In this document: piece by piece, positions 1 through 11,639 of the stretch
Position numbering within the stretch: position 1 is the stretch's first letter
Layout of the letters: every line of letters starts with the position of its first letter
Assembly (NCBI RefSeq): GCF_004010195.1
Contig: NC_057751.1
Coordinates: forward strand, 16,678,724-16,718,887
Length of the DNA stretch: 40,164 bases
Direction: 5' to 3'
Source: Chiloscyllium plagiosum
Lineage: Eukaryota
Notes under the pieces: generated by a model
Databases searched by the model: none
Told to the model about the DNA's origin: nothing
Seen by the model: the letters and a program-made list of their open reading frames with translations, nothing else
Made by a program: the position numbers and the translations under genes

Positions 1-310
1 GGGTGGGGGAGTCCAGAACTAGAAGGCATAGGTTTAAGGTGAGAGGGGAAAGATATAAAAGAGACCTAAGGGGCAACTTTTTCACACAGAGGGTGGTACA
101 TGTATGGAATGAGCTGCCAGAGGAAGTGGTGGAGGATGGTACAATTGCAATATTTAAAAGGCATTTGGATGGGTATATGAATAGGAAGGGTTTGGAGGGA
201 TATGGACCGGGTGCTGGCAGGTGGGACTAGACTGGGTTGGGATATCTGGTCGGCATGGACGGGTTGGACCGAAGGGTCTGTTTCCGTGCTGTACATCTCT
301 ATGACTCTAT
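1..310 (+). mobile_element. CR1/HER1-type LINE 3' fragment
   Basis: C-terminal ORF2 motif [21 protein letters not shown]...FKRHLD and a (CTATGACT)-type tail. Confidence 0.9.
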
Positions 311-805
311 AACAGCCGTCCTCCAACTTCCGCCCAGCAACAACTCTGAATCTTTCGTGTGCTGTGAAAGCGCCACAGGTTAGGAATGTGGTTCTGTCAG
401 AAGAAAATATTCACCGTCCCCTCTGCCTTGCCAACTTCCCAGTCAGAAAGAGCAGAAACTGGAACAAGAGCTTGCATTCGCATAGTTTCTTGAGCATGGG
501 GAATTTCCCAAGGGAAAGAGGAACACTCGACGTGTTTCCCTCTGGGTTTGATTGTGTCGGTCTGATAACTGATCCACGCTCACCGCACTCGACTCGTTAC
601 ACCTGGGCGTTGACCCAGAAGGAAGTGAAGAGGCTGGGAGGTGGTAAGCTGGAAGCATGGGAGTCGTCACTTTGACCCAGAACTCTATAAATAACGTTTC
701 TGCATATTTGGAAATGGCATCATCTTCTGCGTTTCTCCAGGCAAAATCAAAGCAAGACAAAATAAAAAGGACTGAGGAACAACCAAAGCAGAGGTTTTTT
801 TTTCA

Positions 806-1113
806 GATTTGATTACTTACAGTGTGAAAACAGGCCCTTCAGCCCAACAAGCCCACACTGACCCTCTGAAGAGCAACCCACCCAGACCCAATCCCCTACA
901 CCTAACACGACGGGCAATTCAGCCCATGGCCAATTCACCCGAACCTGCACATATTTTGGACTGCGGGAGGAAACGGGAGCACCCGGAGGAAACCCACGCA
1001 GACACGGGGAGAATGTGCAAACTCCACACAGACAGTCGCCTGAGGCGGGAATTGAACCCGCGTCTCTGGCGCTGTGAGGCAGCAGTGCTAACCACTGAGC
1101 CACCGTGCTGCCC
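806..1113 (-). mobile_element. HE1-type tRNA-derived V-SINE
   Basis: Head GGCAGCACGGTGGCTCAGTGGTTAGC...GGTTCAATTCC (A and B boxes), V-domain CGTGTCTGCGTGGGTTTCCTCCGGG, CR1-like tail. Confidence 0.9.
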
Positions 1114-1550
1114 ATATTGTGCTAGTCAAATCTGAAATAGGGGCAGCCAATGCCGTCTGTGAATCCTCATGTTGTTGGTGGGGGGGGTTGCCACTTTCCA
1201 CACAGCAAGATCCCACGAATGGCAACAAGACAAACTACTCTGGCGTTTTCTTTCAAGGTGGGAGAGGGGGGGGGGCTTTGTTGGCCGAGACACAGAGAGA
1301 GAGAGAGGAAGGGCAGAACCCCCCCACCCTCCCTTACCACCTCCGAATAGCCCGAATACTTTCCACCCACAGAATAATACAGCAGTTTAAAGCAGATGAT
1401 AGGCCATCCTCTGCCCTGAGCACCCAGAGGTTAGCCAAAGATGGAGAACTGGTTTGGCAGGATGGTTGGTTTCTGTTTATTCCCGGTGATATTACCTCAC
1501 TGATGTTCAAAGATTACCGTAAGATTTCAACCTTTCCGCTTGCTTCCTTT

Positions 1551-2290
1551 ATAGAGTCATAGAGATGTACAGCACAGAAAGAGACCCTTCGGCCCAACCG
1601 GTCCATGCCGACCAAATATCCCCACCCAATCTAGTCCCATTTGTCAGCTCCCTCCAAACCCTTCCTATTCATGTACCCATCCAGATGCCTTTTAAATGCT
1701 GTCATTGTACCAGCCTCCACCACTTCCTCTGGCAGCACATTCCATACACGTACCACCCTCTGCGTGACAAAGTTGCCCCTTAGGTCTCTTTTATAGCTTT
1801 CCTCTCTCACCCTAAACCAGTAGTTCTGGACTCCCCCACCCCAGGGGGAAAAGACCGTGTCTATTTACACTATCCATGCCCCCTCATGATTTTATAAACC
1901 TCTATAAGGTCACCCCTCAGCCTCCGATGCTCCAGGGAAAACAACCCCAGCCTGTTCAGCCTCTCCCTGTAGCTCAAATCCTCCAACGTCCTTGTAAATC
2001 TTTTCTGAACCCTTTCAAGTTTCACAACATCTTTCCGATAGGAAGGAGAACTCTGACCAATAAAGGAAAGCATACCAAACGCCTTCTTCACTAGGTAAAA
2101 GCAATGACTGCAGATGCTGGAAACCAGATTCTGGATTAGTGGTGCTGGAAGAGCACAGCAATTCAGGCAGCATCCGAGAACAGGCAAAATCGACGTTTTG
2201 GGCAAAAGCCCTTCGCCTTCTTCACTATCCTATCTGCCTGCGACTCCACTTTCAAGGAGCTATGAACCTGCACTCCAAGGTCCCTTTGTG
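1551..2290 (-). mobile_element. CR1 3' fragment interrupted by a Penelope-derived insert
   Basis: Minus strand reads KKAFGMLSFIGQS...LERVQKRFTR...RRLRGDLIEVYK. Tail near 1551-1565. Confidence 0.9.
2094..2213 (-). mobile_element. Short Penelope-derived (pLTR) insert with 14-bp TSD
   Basis: CGCCTTCTTCACTA is duplicated at 2080-2093 and 2214-2227. The body matches the inserts at 22432 and 32436. Confidence 0.8.
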
Positions 2291-2401
2291 GATTTCTTTC
2301 TGAAATAGAGTTGCACACAGTCTTCTAAGTGCTCAATATAGTTTGACATAACTTTACCTTTCAACTCTAGCCCGCTACAGGTATCACTGCTCACTTTGTA
2401 G

Positions 2402-3050
2402 AGACAAAACAATTGCAGAAGCTGGAGACCAGAATACACAGGAGGGAGCCTGGAAGAACACAGCAAGTCCAGGCTGCATCAGGAGGTGGAGACGTCTTGG
2501 GTGTAACCCTTCTTCTGGGGTCAGTGTATGGGGGAGCTGCAGATAAAGGGGGAGGCAGGGGCACAGCGATGAAGTGGGGAGTAGGTGGAGACAGATAGAG
2601 AGTACGACCTGGTTGGTCAATGGGAGGAATGAATCCCGATTGGTGGCAGGGAGCGGTGGAAGGGAGGGGGAGGGGCTGGGAAGGGAGTTGGGGGATGGGG
2701 AGGAGGGAGGTGATTTGAAACTGGAGAGCTCAATGTTGAGTCCTCCCGGGCCGTTGGCCGCCCAGGCGGAAGATGAGGTGTTGTTCCTCCAATTTGCGCC
2801 GTGGTTCACTGTGGCAATGGAGGAGGCCAAGAATGGTCATGTCGGAAAGGGGAATTGAAATGGGCGGGGACTGGGAGGATGGTAATGTCGGAAAGGAGAA
2901 TTGAAACGGACCCGGCTGAGATGCCCGGTGAACTGTTCCCTACGCATACGTTCGGTCACCCCCGATGTAGAGAAGACCAGACCTGATGCAGTAAACTAGG
3001 TTGGAGGAGAGGCAGGTGAACCGCTGTCTCAACTGGAAGGACCGTTTGGG
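2402..3050 (-). mobile_element. Penelope-like element 3' part (GIY-YIG endonuclease remnant plus pLTR)
   Basis: Minus strand reads NLVYCIRSGLLYIGVTERMRREQFTGHL and ...LIFRLG...GLNIELSSF. Degenerate hammerhead-like core near 2490-2518. Confidence 0.8.
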
Positions 3051-3080
3051 ACGCTTTGTACTTTTTACAGCCCTTATATC

Positions 3081-3429
3081 AGATTAGATTCCGTACAGCG
3101 TGGAAATAGGCCCTTCGGCTCAACCAGTCCACACCGACCCTCCGAAGAGTAACCCACCCAGACCCATTATCCCTCTGACTAATGCACCCAACACTCTGAG
3201 TAATTTAGCATAGCCAATCCACCCTAACCTGCACATCCCTGAGCACTATGGGTAATTTAGCACGGCCAATCCACCCTGACCTGTACATCTTTGGACTGTG
3301 GGAGGAAACCAGAACACACTGAGGAAACCCACGCAAACTGCACACAGACAGTCACCCGAGGCTGGAATCGAACCTGGGACCCTGGTGCTGTGAGGCAGTG
3401 GTGCTAACCACTGAGCCACCGTGCCGCCC
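3081..3429 (-). mobile_element. HE1-type SINE (2 internal 52-bp units)
   Basis: tRNA-like head at 3429 and (AATCT) tail at 3081. Confidence 0.9.
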
Positions 3430-3896
3430 ATCACTAGTTTTCCTGATTTCTTTAGCTGCTCTCTCAGCTCTGATTTCATTCCCCCACTCAAATCTTATTC
3501 CCAAGCAGATTTACATCCCAATTCTGTCCTGGGGTTCAATTCCCCATTTGTTTTGCGTCAAAACATGATTTGTGCGCCCGGTCTGAGGATCTGTTAGTCC
3601 TCAGTGCCGTCTGTCACCCCTCGGTTTGCAAATTTCCAGTTTAGGGATCTGATTCCAAAGCCTAAACCCTCCATGCAAGTTGTGAACGATCTGTGGGAGA
3701 TTGTGGCTTTCACTGGGCACCATCGATTCAGAGACGCGGACTCATGATTTTGGGGGAGCTTTGTGGATTTACGTCTCAGCCTGGCTGCCTGTAGAATTTA
3801 AAAGCCAATTCATAAATCTGACATGGAAAGTCAACGTCAGTCACGGTGCCCATGAGAACCGCAATTGTCACAAAAAACCCGTCTGACTTACCTATG

Positions 3897-4720
3897 TCAG
3901 AGAGAGTCACACTGCACGGAAACAGACCCTTCTCTCCAACCAGACCCTTATCCCAAACTAAACTAGTCCCACTTGCCTGCTCCTGGCCCACATCCCTCCT
4001 AACCTTTCCTATCCATGGACTTTTCCAAGTTTTAAACGTTGTAACTGTACCTGCATCCACCACTTCCTCTAAATGTTCATTCCACACGTGAACCACCCTC
4101 TGTGTAAAAGAAATTTGCCCCTCATGTCTTTTTAAAATCTCCCTCCTCTCACCTTAAAAACGTGCTCCCCAGCCTTGAAATCCCCCATCCTAGGGGGAAA
4201 TGGATCTCCCGTTAATCCTATCTATACCCCTCATGATTTTACAAACCTCCATAAAATCACCCCTCAACCTTCTACGCTCCAGTGAAAAAATTCCCAGCCT
4301 CTCTTTATAACTCAAGCCTTCTATACCTGGCAACACGAAGGTAACTCTCTTCTGAAGCTTAATAATATCCTTCCTATAATCGGGCGACCAGAACTGGACA
4401 CAGTATTCCAGACGAGGCCTCACCAATGTCCTGTACAACCCCAATCTGACGTCCCGACTCCTGTACTCAAAGAACTGAGCCAATGAAGGCAGGTGTGCCA
4501 AGCACCTTCCTAACCCTGTCTACCTGTGACAGAAACTTCAAAGCATGATGTACCTGAACCCACAATGCTACCCGACACCCTAGCGTTAATTGTATAAGCC
4601 CTAGCCCTATTTTGTTGTACTGAAACACGTTTACCCAGGTTGAACTCCATCTGCCATTTTTCAACCCGGTGACCGAGATCCCGTTGTAACCTTAGAAAGC
4701 CTTCTTCGCTGTCCACTATA
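3897..4720 (-). mobile_element. CR1 fragment inserted into an older tRNA-SINE
   Basis: ORF2 remnant LYRTLVRPRLEYCVQFWSP...RRRLRGD. It splits a SINE core into about 3780-3898 and 4721-4898. Confidence 0.85.
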
Positions 4721-5080
4721 CCTTTCGGATAGGAAACCTGCTGCACAAGTCTGGCACCTGTGCGGCTCCAGACCCACGGCAAACCTGGCAGACTCAAGTG
4801 CCCTCTGAAATGGCTGGGCGCGCCAGCCAGTTCAATGATAATTGGGGATGGGCATCCAGTATTAGCCTCACCAATGACGTCCACATGCCAGGAGTGAACA
4901 CGACAAAAACAACTGGCACCAGGCGCCAGTGATGTAAGTGCGACTGGCCAGTGGCGTGACCGTTCACCACGGGGATCAGGCGATGCCCACTGCAGTCGGC
5001 CAGCCTGCCGCCTCTCACTTTCCGGCCCCACTCTTCGACAGGGTGCCACCCAGGATGAGGAGGGTGTGGGTTAGCATGAG

Positions 5081-5276
5081 TGATTTAGCACGGCCAATCC
5101 TCCCGCATCTCTGGATTGTGGGAGGAAACCGGAGCAAGTCCACGGCAGGTATGGGGAGGGGGGATTGGAGGAGAGAGGAGAAGGTGTAAATGTCACACAG
5201 ACAGCTGCCCGAGGGTGGAACTCAACCCTGGGCACTGTGAGGCAGCAGTGCTAACCTGCTGAGCCACTGTACTGCT
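5081..5276 (-). mobile_element. Degenerate HE1-type SINE
   Basis: gtgggaggaaaccggagc...gaggcagcagtgctaacc...gagccac matches other HE1 copies. Confidence 0.7.
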
Positions 5277-5474
5277 GCGTCATGGGTGTACGGTTAAGAC
5301 AGTGACCTTAGCCGGGTAGAGGAACTGAACCCACAGGAAGAGCCTTCCCACACGGTGTGCAGGATCGAGAAAATAATGCCCATGACTGTGGTGGAGGCAG
5401 TGGTTTGCAAATGGGAACTGGCTAATGATCCAAACTAATAACTCTGGTTGGAGGGGTGCACAGGGTTGGAGAGA

Positions 5475-6372
5475 GTGTATGTGAGTCTGTACGGGGGAAG
5501 GGTGTGTGTGTGTGTGTCTCTGTGTGGGAATGTGTGTGTGTCTGTGTGCAGGTGTGTCTGGNNNNNNNNNNNNNNNNNNNNNNNNNNNNNNNNNNNNNNN
5601 NNNNNNNNNNNNNNNNNNNNNNNNNNNNNNNNNNNNNNNNNNNNNNNNNNNNNNNNNNNNNNNNNNNNNNNNNNNNNNNNNNNNNNNNNNNNNNNNNNNN
5701 NNNNNNNNNNNNNNNNNNNNNNNNNNNNNNNNNNNNNNNNNNNNNNNNNNNNNNNNNNNNNNNNNNNNNNNNNNNNNNNNNNNNNNNNNNNNNNNNNNNN
5801 NNNNNNNNNNNNNNNNNNNNNNNNNNNNNNNNNNNNNNNNNNNNNNNNNNNNNNNNNNNNNNNNNNNNNNNNNNNNNNNNNNNNNNNNNNNNNNNNNNNN
5901 NNNNNNNNNNNNNNNNNNNNNNNNNNNNNNNNNNNNNNNNNNNNNNNNNNNNNNNNNNNNNNNNNNNNNNNNNNNNNNNNNNNNNNNNNNNNNNNNNNNN
6001 NNNNNNNNNNNNNNNNNNNNNNNNNNNNNNNNNNNNNNNNNNNNNNNNNNNNNNNNNNTGTGTGTCTGTATGTGAGAGTGTGTGTATGTGTGTGTGTGTC
6101 TGTCTGTGTGTCTCTATGTGAGAGTGTGTGTCTATGTGTGCGTGCGTGTGTGTCTCTATGTGAGAGTGTGTATGTGTGTCTGTCTGTGTCTATGTGAGAG
6201 TGTGTGTGTGTGCTTGTGCCTACCTGTCTCTATGTGAGAGTGTGTGTATGTGTGTGTGTGTGCTTGTACCTCCCTTTCTCTATGTGAGCGTGTGTGTGTC
6301 TCTATATGAGAGTGTGTGTGTATGTGTGTGTCTCTATGTGAGAATGTGCGTGTGTGTCTCTATGTGAGAGTG
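5475..6372. repeat. Compound (TG)n/(TC) microsatellite spanning an assembly gap (N 5562-6058)
   Basis: Seen directly; includes recurring tctctatgtgagagtgtgtg units. Confidence 0.95.
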
Positions 6373-6456
6373 AAGAAGGTCTAATGCCCGAAACGTCGAT
6401 TCTCCTGTTCCCTAGATGCTGCCTGACCTGCTGCGCTTTTCCAGCAACACATTTCC
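6372..6456 (+). mobile_element. Penelope pLTR fragment with a degenerate hammerhead core
   Basis: TGAAGA-aggtctaatgccc-GAAACGTC followed by gatgctgcctgacctgctg...ttccagc. Confidence 0.7.
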
Positions 6457-6469
6457 ATCCTTAATACAC

Positions 6470-6732
6470 ACACCCAGGTAAGGTCCGGGGAATCTGGGTT
6501 CAAATCCCACCGTGGGTGGATGCCAGAATTTGTGTTGGATTAAAAAATAAATCTGAAGTTAAGAGTCCAATGCTGACCATGAATCCGTCGTTGGGAAAAA
6601 AAAACCCATCTGGTTCACTAATGTCTGTTAGGGAAGGATACTGCCATTTTTACCTGGTCTGGGCCTACGCGTGACTCCAGACCCATAGCCATTGACTCTT
6701 AACTGCCCTCTGGGCAATAAATGCTGGCCTGA
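6470..6732 (+). mobile_element. tRNA-derived SINE, second family
   Basis: B-box GGTTCAAATCC; core AAACCCATCTGGTTCACTAATGTC...GGGAAGGA...GTGACTCCAGACCC; tail GGGCAATAAATGCTGGCC. Confidence 0.8.
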
Positions 6733-6974
6733 ATTTCAAATTTTAAAAAAGCTACCAAAAATCTCTCAAAGTGGGGTAGGGACGAGAGGAAATTTCTCCT
6801 CTCAGAATGTTGGGAATATCTCGAACATAGTTTGCACTCACTTTCGAACTGGTGAGGAATGTAACCCCAGCTCCAGCGAGGGGTAAAGTTAAACATAAAC
6901 TTGAAGTTTCGCGGTAAACATCAGCCGGTTGCAGGAAACGAACCCACTCCACACCTCACCAAGTTGCCATCCGT

Positions 6975-7465
6975 CCCACCGTGTTAAAGGAAGGATATTA
7001 TTAAAGCTGGCGAGGGGTCAGAAGAGATTTACCAGGACGTTGCAGGGTACGGGAGGTTCGGGTTATTAAGAGAGGCCGGGGTGTTTTTTTTATCACTGGA
7101 GCGTAGGAGGTTGAGAGATGACCTTATAGAGTTTTACAAAATCACGAGGGGCATACATCGAGTTAATGGTCTTTTCCCTCGGATGGGGGAATTTCAAGAC
7201 ACATTTTTGAGGTGAGAGGGGAAAGATTTAGAAAAGGCGTGAGGGGCAATTTTTTGTTTACACCCAGCGGGTGGGTTCGTGTGTGGAGTGAACTTCCTGA
7301 GGAAGTGGTGGATGCGGGTCCAGTTGCCGTGTTTCAAAGACGTTCGGATAAGGCCACGATTAGGAAAGGTTTGGAGGGAGAGGGGTCAGGTGGCGGGCAG
7401 GCGGGATGAGTTTAGTTTGGGTTTACGGAGCGAAGGGTCTGTCTCCGAGCGGTGTGACGCCGTGA
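6975..7465 (+). mobile_element. Diverged, CpG-rich CR1 3' fragment
   Basis: RGNF...VRVWSELPEEVVDAG motif. Confidence 0.8.
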
Positions 7466-8701
7466 CTAATGAGACCAGGATGCGCAGGAAGGCGAAAGCT
7501 GAGGTAAAAGGAGGAGGATCCCGGCCGAATGGCAGAGCAGGCTGGATGGGCTGAACGGCCCACCCCAACCCCCACCCCTCCATTTCTTAATCCGTCTCCA
7601 AACCAGCACTCCGAGGGAGACCACCAGGTAGGTGCGGTGGTACACGCCGAGAGTTGGGATGCTTTCAGGTTAACAAGCATTGGCACTCCAATCTGGTCAC
7701 TCCTCTCTCTCAACACAGCGAGCATTGTACATCATGGGTAACCTTATCCATCGCGGACGTCACCCTGTCTGTTTTGGGTGTTTGGCCAGGTCATAATGTC
7801 GGGGAGAATTGCCTTTGTCCCCTGGATTTCAGACACATTTCGTGCCACACAGAGGGAAGCTAAATTCAGAGTTTGAGATACCAGCATCTGCCCACCTCCT
7901 GCTGGCTAAATCGGAGTGCTAAGACAAGAGGCCAATTTTCATTTTAATTACTCTCGCACAAAGAAGTGACTTCAACCTACACGAACCGAGGGTGTGACAA
8001 GATTCTTTTGTACAGAGAACCAACATTAACAAGCCCACTCTCGGAGAAGTAGGAAACACAGAGCTGACCTAACCAGGAACTTTAATTTTATTCCCCCCCC
8101 CCCCCCCCCCCTAACATTTAAGGGGTAAATTAAACCCATTCGCCTGCTAACAGAAGATTCGAGAAACTGTACGAACCAGCTAGCCAGCTGTAGGAGACGC
8201 AGGGATTAACTGGCCAGGATCACTGACTTAAATAACCCAAAACAATTGCCCCGGGGCTCCCCCATTCCAGCACAAACTAACTCGAGCAAACTTCTTGGTA
8301 CGCAGACGAGTTCAAATCCCAGCTCTACTTACAGCGGCTGCTGCCATGATTCCCTCCCTCAGGAATGTCAATCCTTCTTCGGCACCCACTTGCAGGAGGG
8401 CTTTGCTGTCCAAGGGAGTCAGGCGAAAAGTTTCCCGGAGCACTTCCTGCTTCTTCAAATGTCATCATTTGCTCGCATGACTTCCTGCTTACTTGTGATT
8501 AGCATTCAGAGACCTGCCCTTGTACACTCGCTGCAGTATAGGAATGCGTGTGTGTGTGACTCGTTCACCCTGGTATCCAACCCTCACTCCAACCGGAATG
8601 CTTCACATAGCTTACTTTCCCCTCCCCCCCCCCCCCCCCCCCCCACCGCCCGAGAGGATAGAAAGACAGACGGAAAGAAAATAAGGAAACACGAGCATTC
8701 G

Positions 8702-9813
8702 TCATAGAGATGTACAGCACGGAAACACACCCTTCGGCCCAACCCGTCCATGCTGACCCAGATATCCCAACCCAATCTAGTCCCACCTGCCAGCACCCGG
8801 CCTATATCCCTCCAAACCCTTCCTATTCATATGCAAGGGTGTTGCCAGGGTTAGAGGGTTTGAGCTACAGGGAGAGGCTGAATAGGCTGGGCCTGTTTTC
8901 CCTGGAAGGTTGATGGGTGACCTGAAAGAGGTTTATAAAATCATGAGGGGGCATGGATAGGGTAAATAGACAAGGTCTTTTCCTTGGGGTGAGGGAGTCT
9001 AGAACTAGAGGGGCATAGATTTAGGGTGAGAGGGGAAAGATATAAAAGGGACCTGAGGGACAGCTTTTTCACGCAGAGGGTGGTACGTGTGTGGAATGAG
9101 CTGCCAGAGGAAGTGGTGGAGGCTGGTACAATTATAGCATTTAAAAGGCATTTGGATGGGTATATGAATAGGAAGGGTTTGGAGGGATATGAGCCAAGTG
9201 CTGGCAGGTGGGACTAGATTGGGTTGGGATATCTGGGTCGGCATGGACGGGATGGGCCGAAGGGTCTGTTTCCATGCTGTATATCTCCATGACTATTTAT
9301 ACCCATCCAGATGCCTTTTAAATGCTGCAATTGTACCAGCCTCCACCACTTCCTCTGGCAGCTCATTCCATACATGTACCACCATCTGTGTGAAAAAGTT
9401 GCTCCTTAGGTCCCTTTTATATCTTTCCCCACTCACCCTAAATCTACACCCCTCTAGTTCTGGACTCCCCCACCCCAGGGAAAAGACTTTGCCTATTTAC
9501 CCTATCCATGGTCCCTCATGATTTTATAAACCTTTATAACGTCACCCCTCAGCCGCTGACGCTCCAGGGAAAACAGTCCCAGCCTGTTCAGCCTCTCCCT
9601 GTCGCTCAAACCCTCCAACATCCTTGTAAACCTTTTCTGAACCCTTTCAAGTTTCACAACGTCCTTCCAGTAGGAAGGAGACCAGAATTGCACACTATAT
9701 TCCAACTGTGGCCTAACCAATGTCCTGTACAGCCGCAACATGACCTCCCAACTCCTGTACTCAATACTCTGACCAATAAAGGAAAGCATACCAAACGCCT
9801 TCTTCACTATCCT
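8702..9813. mobile_element. Minus-strand CR1 (8702-8832 and 9293-9813) with a plus-strand CR1 (8833-9292) nested inside
   Basis: Both copies carry ORF2 C-terminal motifs. The minus copy breaks at cctattcatat| and resumes at |acccatccag. Confidence 0.88.
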
Positions 9814-9974
9814 ATTCTATGACTAGGAACATTTCACTTTACGAATAGGATAGAGTAGAAATTTGTTGTCACATGGAAGTTTCCATGAAAAATATATCAA
9901 TGTCAGATGTCATACATCACAATTTTTAAAAATTAAGACGAAAGGTCATCACAATTCGGTTAATGAATCCTGGG

Positions 9975-10160
9975 ATCGGGAAAGTCAAGTCGCCATAGTA
10001 TCACTCAACCATAAGGGCTGCTCTGTCATCACAGAGACACAGGAGAGAGAGAGAGAGAGAGAGAGAGGACTGGTGGTGTTTTAGCTTTGAGGGTCACCAG
10101 GCCTCAGGCCAGGGGAGAGGTTGGGAAGGAGAGTCCTTCACGGTAGCCTCAGCTGGTTGG
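9975..10160 (-). mobile_element. Probable SINE fragment (third family) with (GA)n, nested in copy A
   Basis: gtcaagtcgccatag...gagggtcacca..cctcagg..aggggagaggttg...cctcagc; a degenerate related copy lies near 24845-24970. Confidence 0.5.
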
Positions 10161-10416
10161 GCTCACCGATTAAGGACTGCAGTCATAGCCGAGATGAGAC
10201 AGCCATGATGAGTTGCTAGATACTAGGCCAGAAGCCTCTGTTGAAGACGACCAACATGCTGCGCCAAGACCGCCACCCTTCGATGAGACCAGCTGCCGGG
10301 TCGCTGGAATACTTGGATACCGAAGAAGACCTCTGCACTGGGTCGAGACCACCAAGCCGGGAGACTGCCATACTGGGCCAAGGCCACTTTTCTCCTCCTT
10401 CAAGTGGCTGGGCCTA

Positions 10417-11215
10417 GCCTGCAGACCTGGAGCCTTGGCCTAGTTAGGGACCTGGAGTCTCGGCCTAGATGGGGACCTGGAGCATCAGCTTAGCCTGCGA
10501 ACCTGGAGCCTCAGCCTAGCCGTGGACCTGGAGCCTCAGCCCAGCCTGTAAGTCTGGAGCCTCGGCCTAGCCTGGGGACATGGAGCCTCAGCCCAGCCTG
10601 TAAGTCTGGAGCTTTGGCCTAGCCTGGGGACATGGAGCCTCAGCCCAGCCTGTAAGTCTGGAGCCTCGGCCTAGCCTGGGGACATGGGGCCTCAGCCTAG
10701 CCTGTAAGTCTGGAGCCTCAGCCTAGCTGAGGATCTGCAGCCTCAGCCTAGCCTGTAAGTCTGGAGCCTCGGCCTAGCCTGGGGACATGGGGCCTCAGCC
10801 CAGCCTCTAAGTCTGGAGCTTTGGCCTAGCTGGGGACCTGCAGCCTCAGCCTAGCCTGTAAGTCTGGAGCCTCGGCCTAGCCTGGGGACATGGAGCCTCA
10901 GCCCAGCCTGTAAGTCTAGAGTCTCGGCCTAGCTGAGGATCTGCAGCCTCAGCCTAGCCTGCAGACCTGGAGCCTCGGCCTAGCTTGTGGATCTGCTGCC
11001 TTGGCATAGCCAGCAGACCTGGAGCCTCGGCCGAGTTCTGTACAGTGTCGGTCTAGCTTGGGACCTGGACCCTCGGCCAATCTTACGGACCTGAAGCCTC
11101 GGCCTAGCCTACGTAGCTGGAATCTCAGCCTAGCTAGGGACCTAGAGCCTCGGCCTAGGCTGGAGATCTGGAACCTCGGCCTAGGCTGGGGAACCTGGAG
11201 CCTCGGCCTAGCCTG
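10417..11215. repeat. Minisatellite, ~26-bp unit, about 30 copies
   Basis: Alternating GGAGCCTCAGCCCAGCCTGTAAGTCT and GGAGCCTCGGCCTAGCCTGGGGACAT units. Confidence 0.95.
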
Positions 11216-11639
11216 CGGGTGTGGGCCAGGGGCTTCAGCCCGGGGCCTGTTCCTAGCTCGCCAGGAGACCCCAGGCTGGGATGGCGTTGCCACCAGCCTC
11301 TCCTTTACCCACCAGCCTCCAGGTTTAAAAGAAAGAGAAAGGGAAAAAAAACAAGAAGGAGAACAAAAGTGAAAAGAAGAAAACAAAGAGAAAGAAAGCC
11401 AACGTGCCCGGGGCTCAGCCTTTCTACTTCACCGCCATCTTGAAAAATGCAGCGCTCCGTAATTTACAGAGTAGAAATGAGAGCTCTACTGCACCCCAGT
11501 GTGTTGTCAGGTTGGATCTATTGACTTTGGATCCCTACAATGCATTAAGTGGCCATTTGGGTCATTGAGTTTGCACCAAAGAGCATTCCACCCAGATCTA
11601 CCCTACCTCTGTAACGCTGCATATCCCCTGGCCAACCTA

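Larger units (their letters stand above)
9845..11442 (-). mobile_element. Composite non-autonomous retroposon, copy A (VNTR expanded)
   Basis: Minus strand: CAAGATGGCGG head at 11442, pyrimidine tract, GC-rich body, VNTR, tail CATGTGACAACAAA-TTTCTA near 9875-9850. Collinear with 26690-27620. Confidence 0.65.

Noticed and set aside
5448..6197. ORFs full of X (also 20454-21010 and 36587-37573)
   Set aside because: Artefacts of N gaps.
6836..8530. Scattered minus-strand splice-like signals (near 6840, 7745-7860, 8388-8530; also 15855)
   Set aside because: Acceptors are weak or frames contain stops. No consistent phase chain or recognisable homology.
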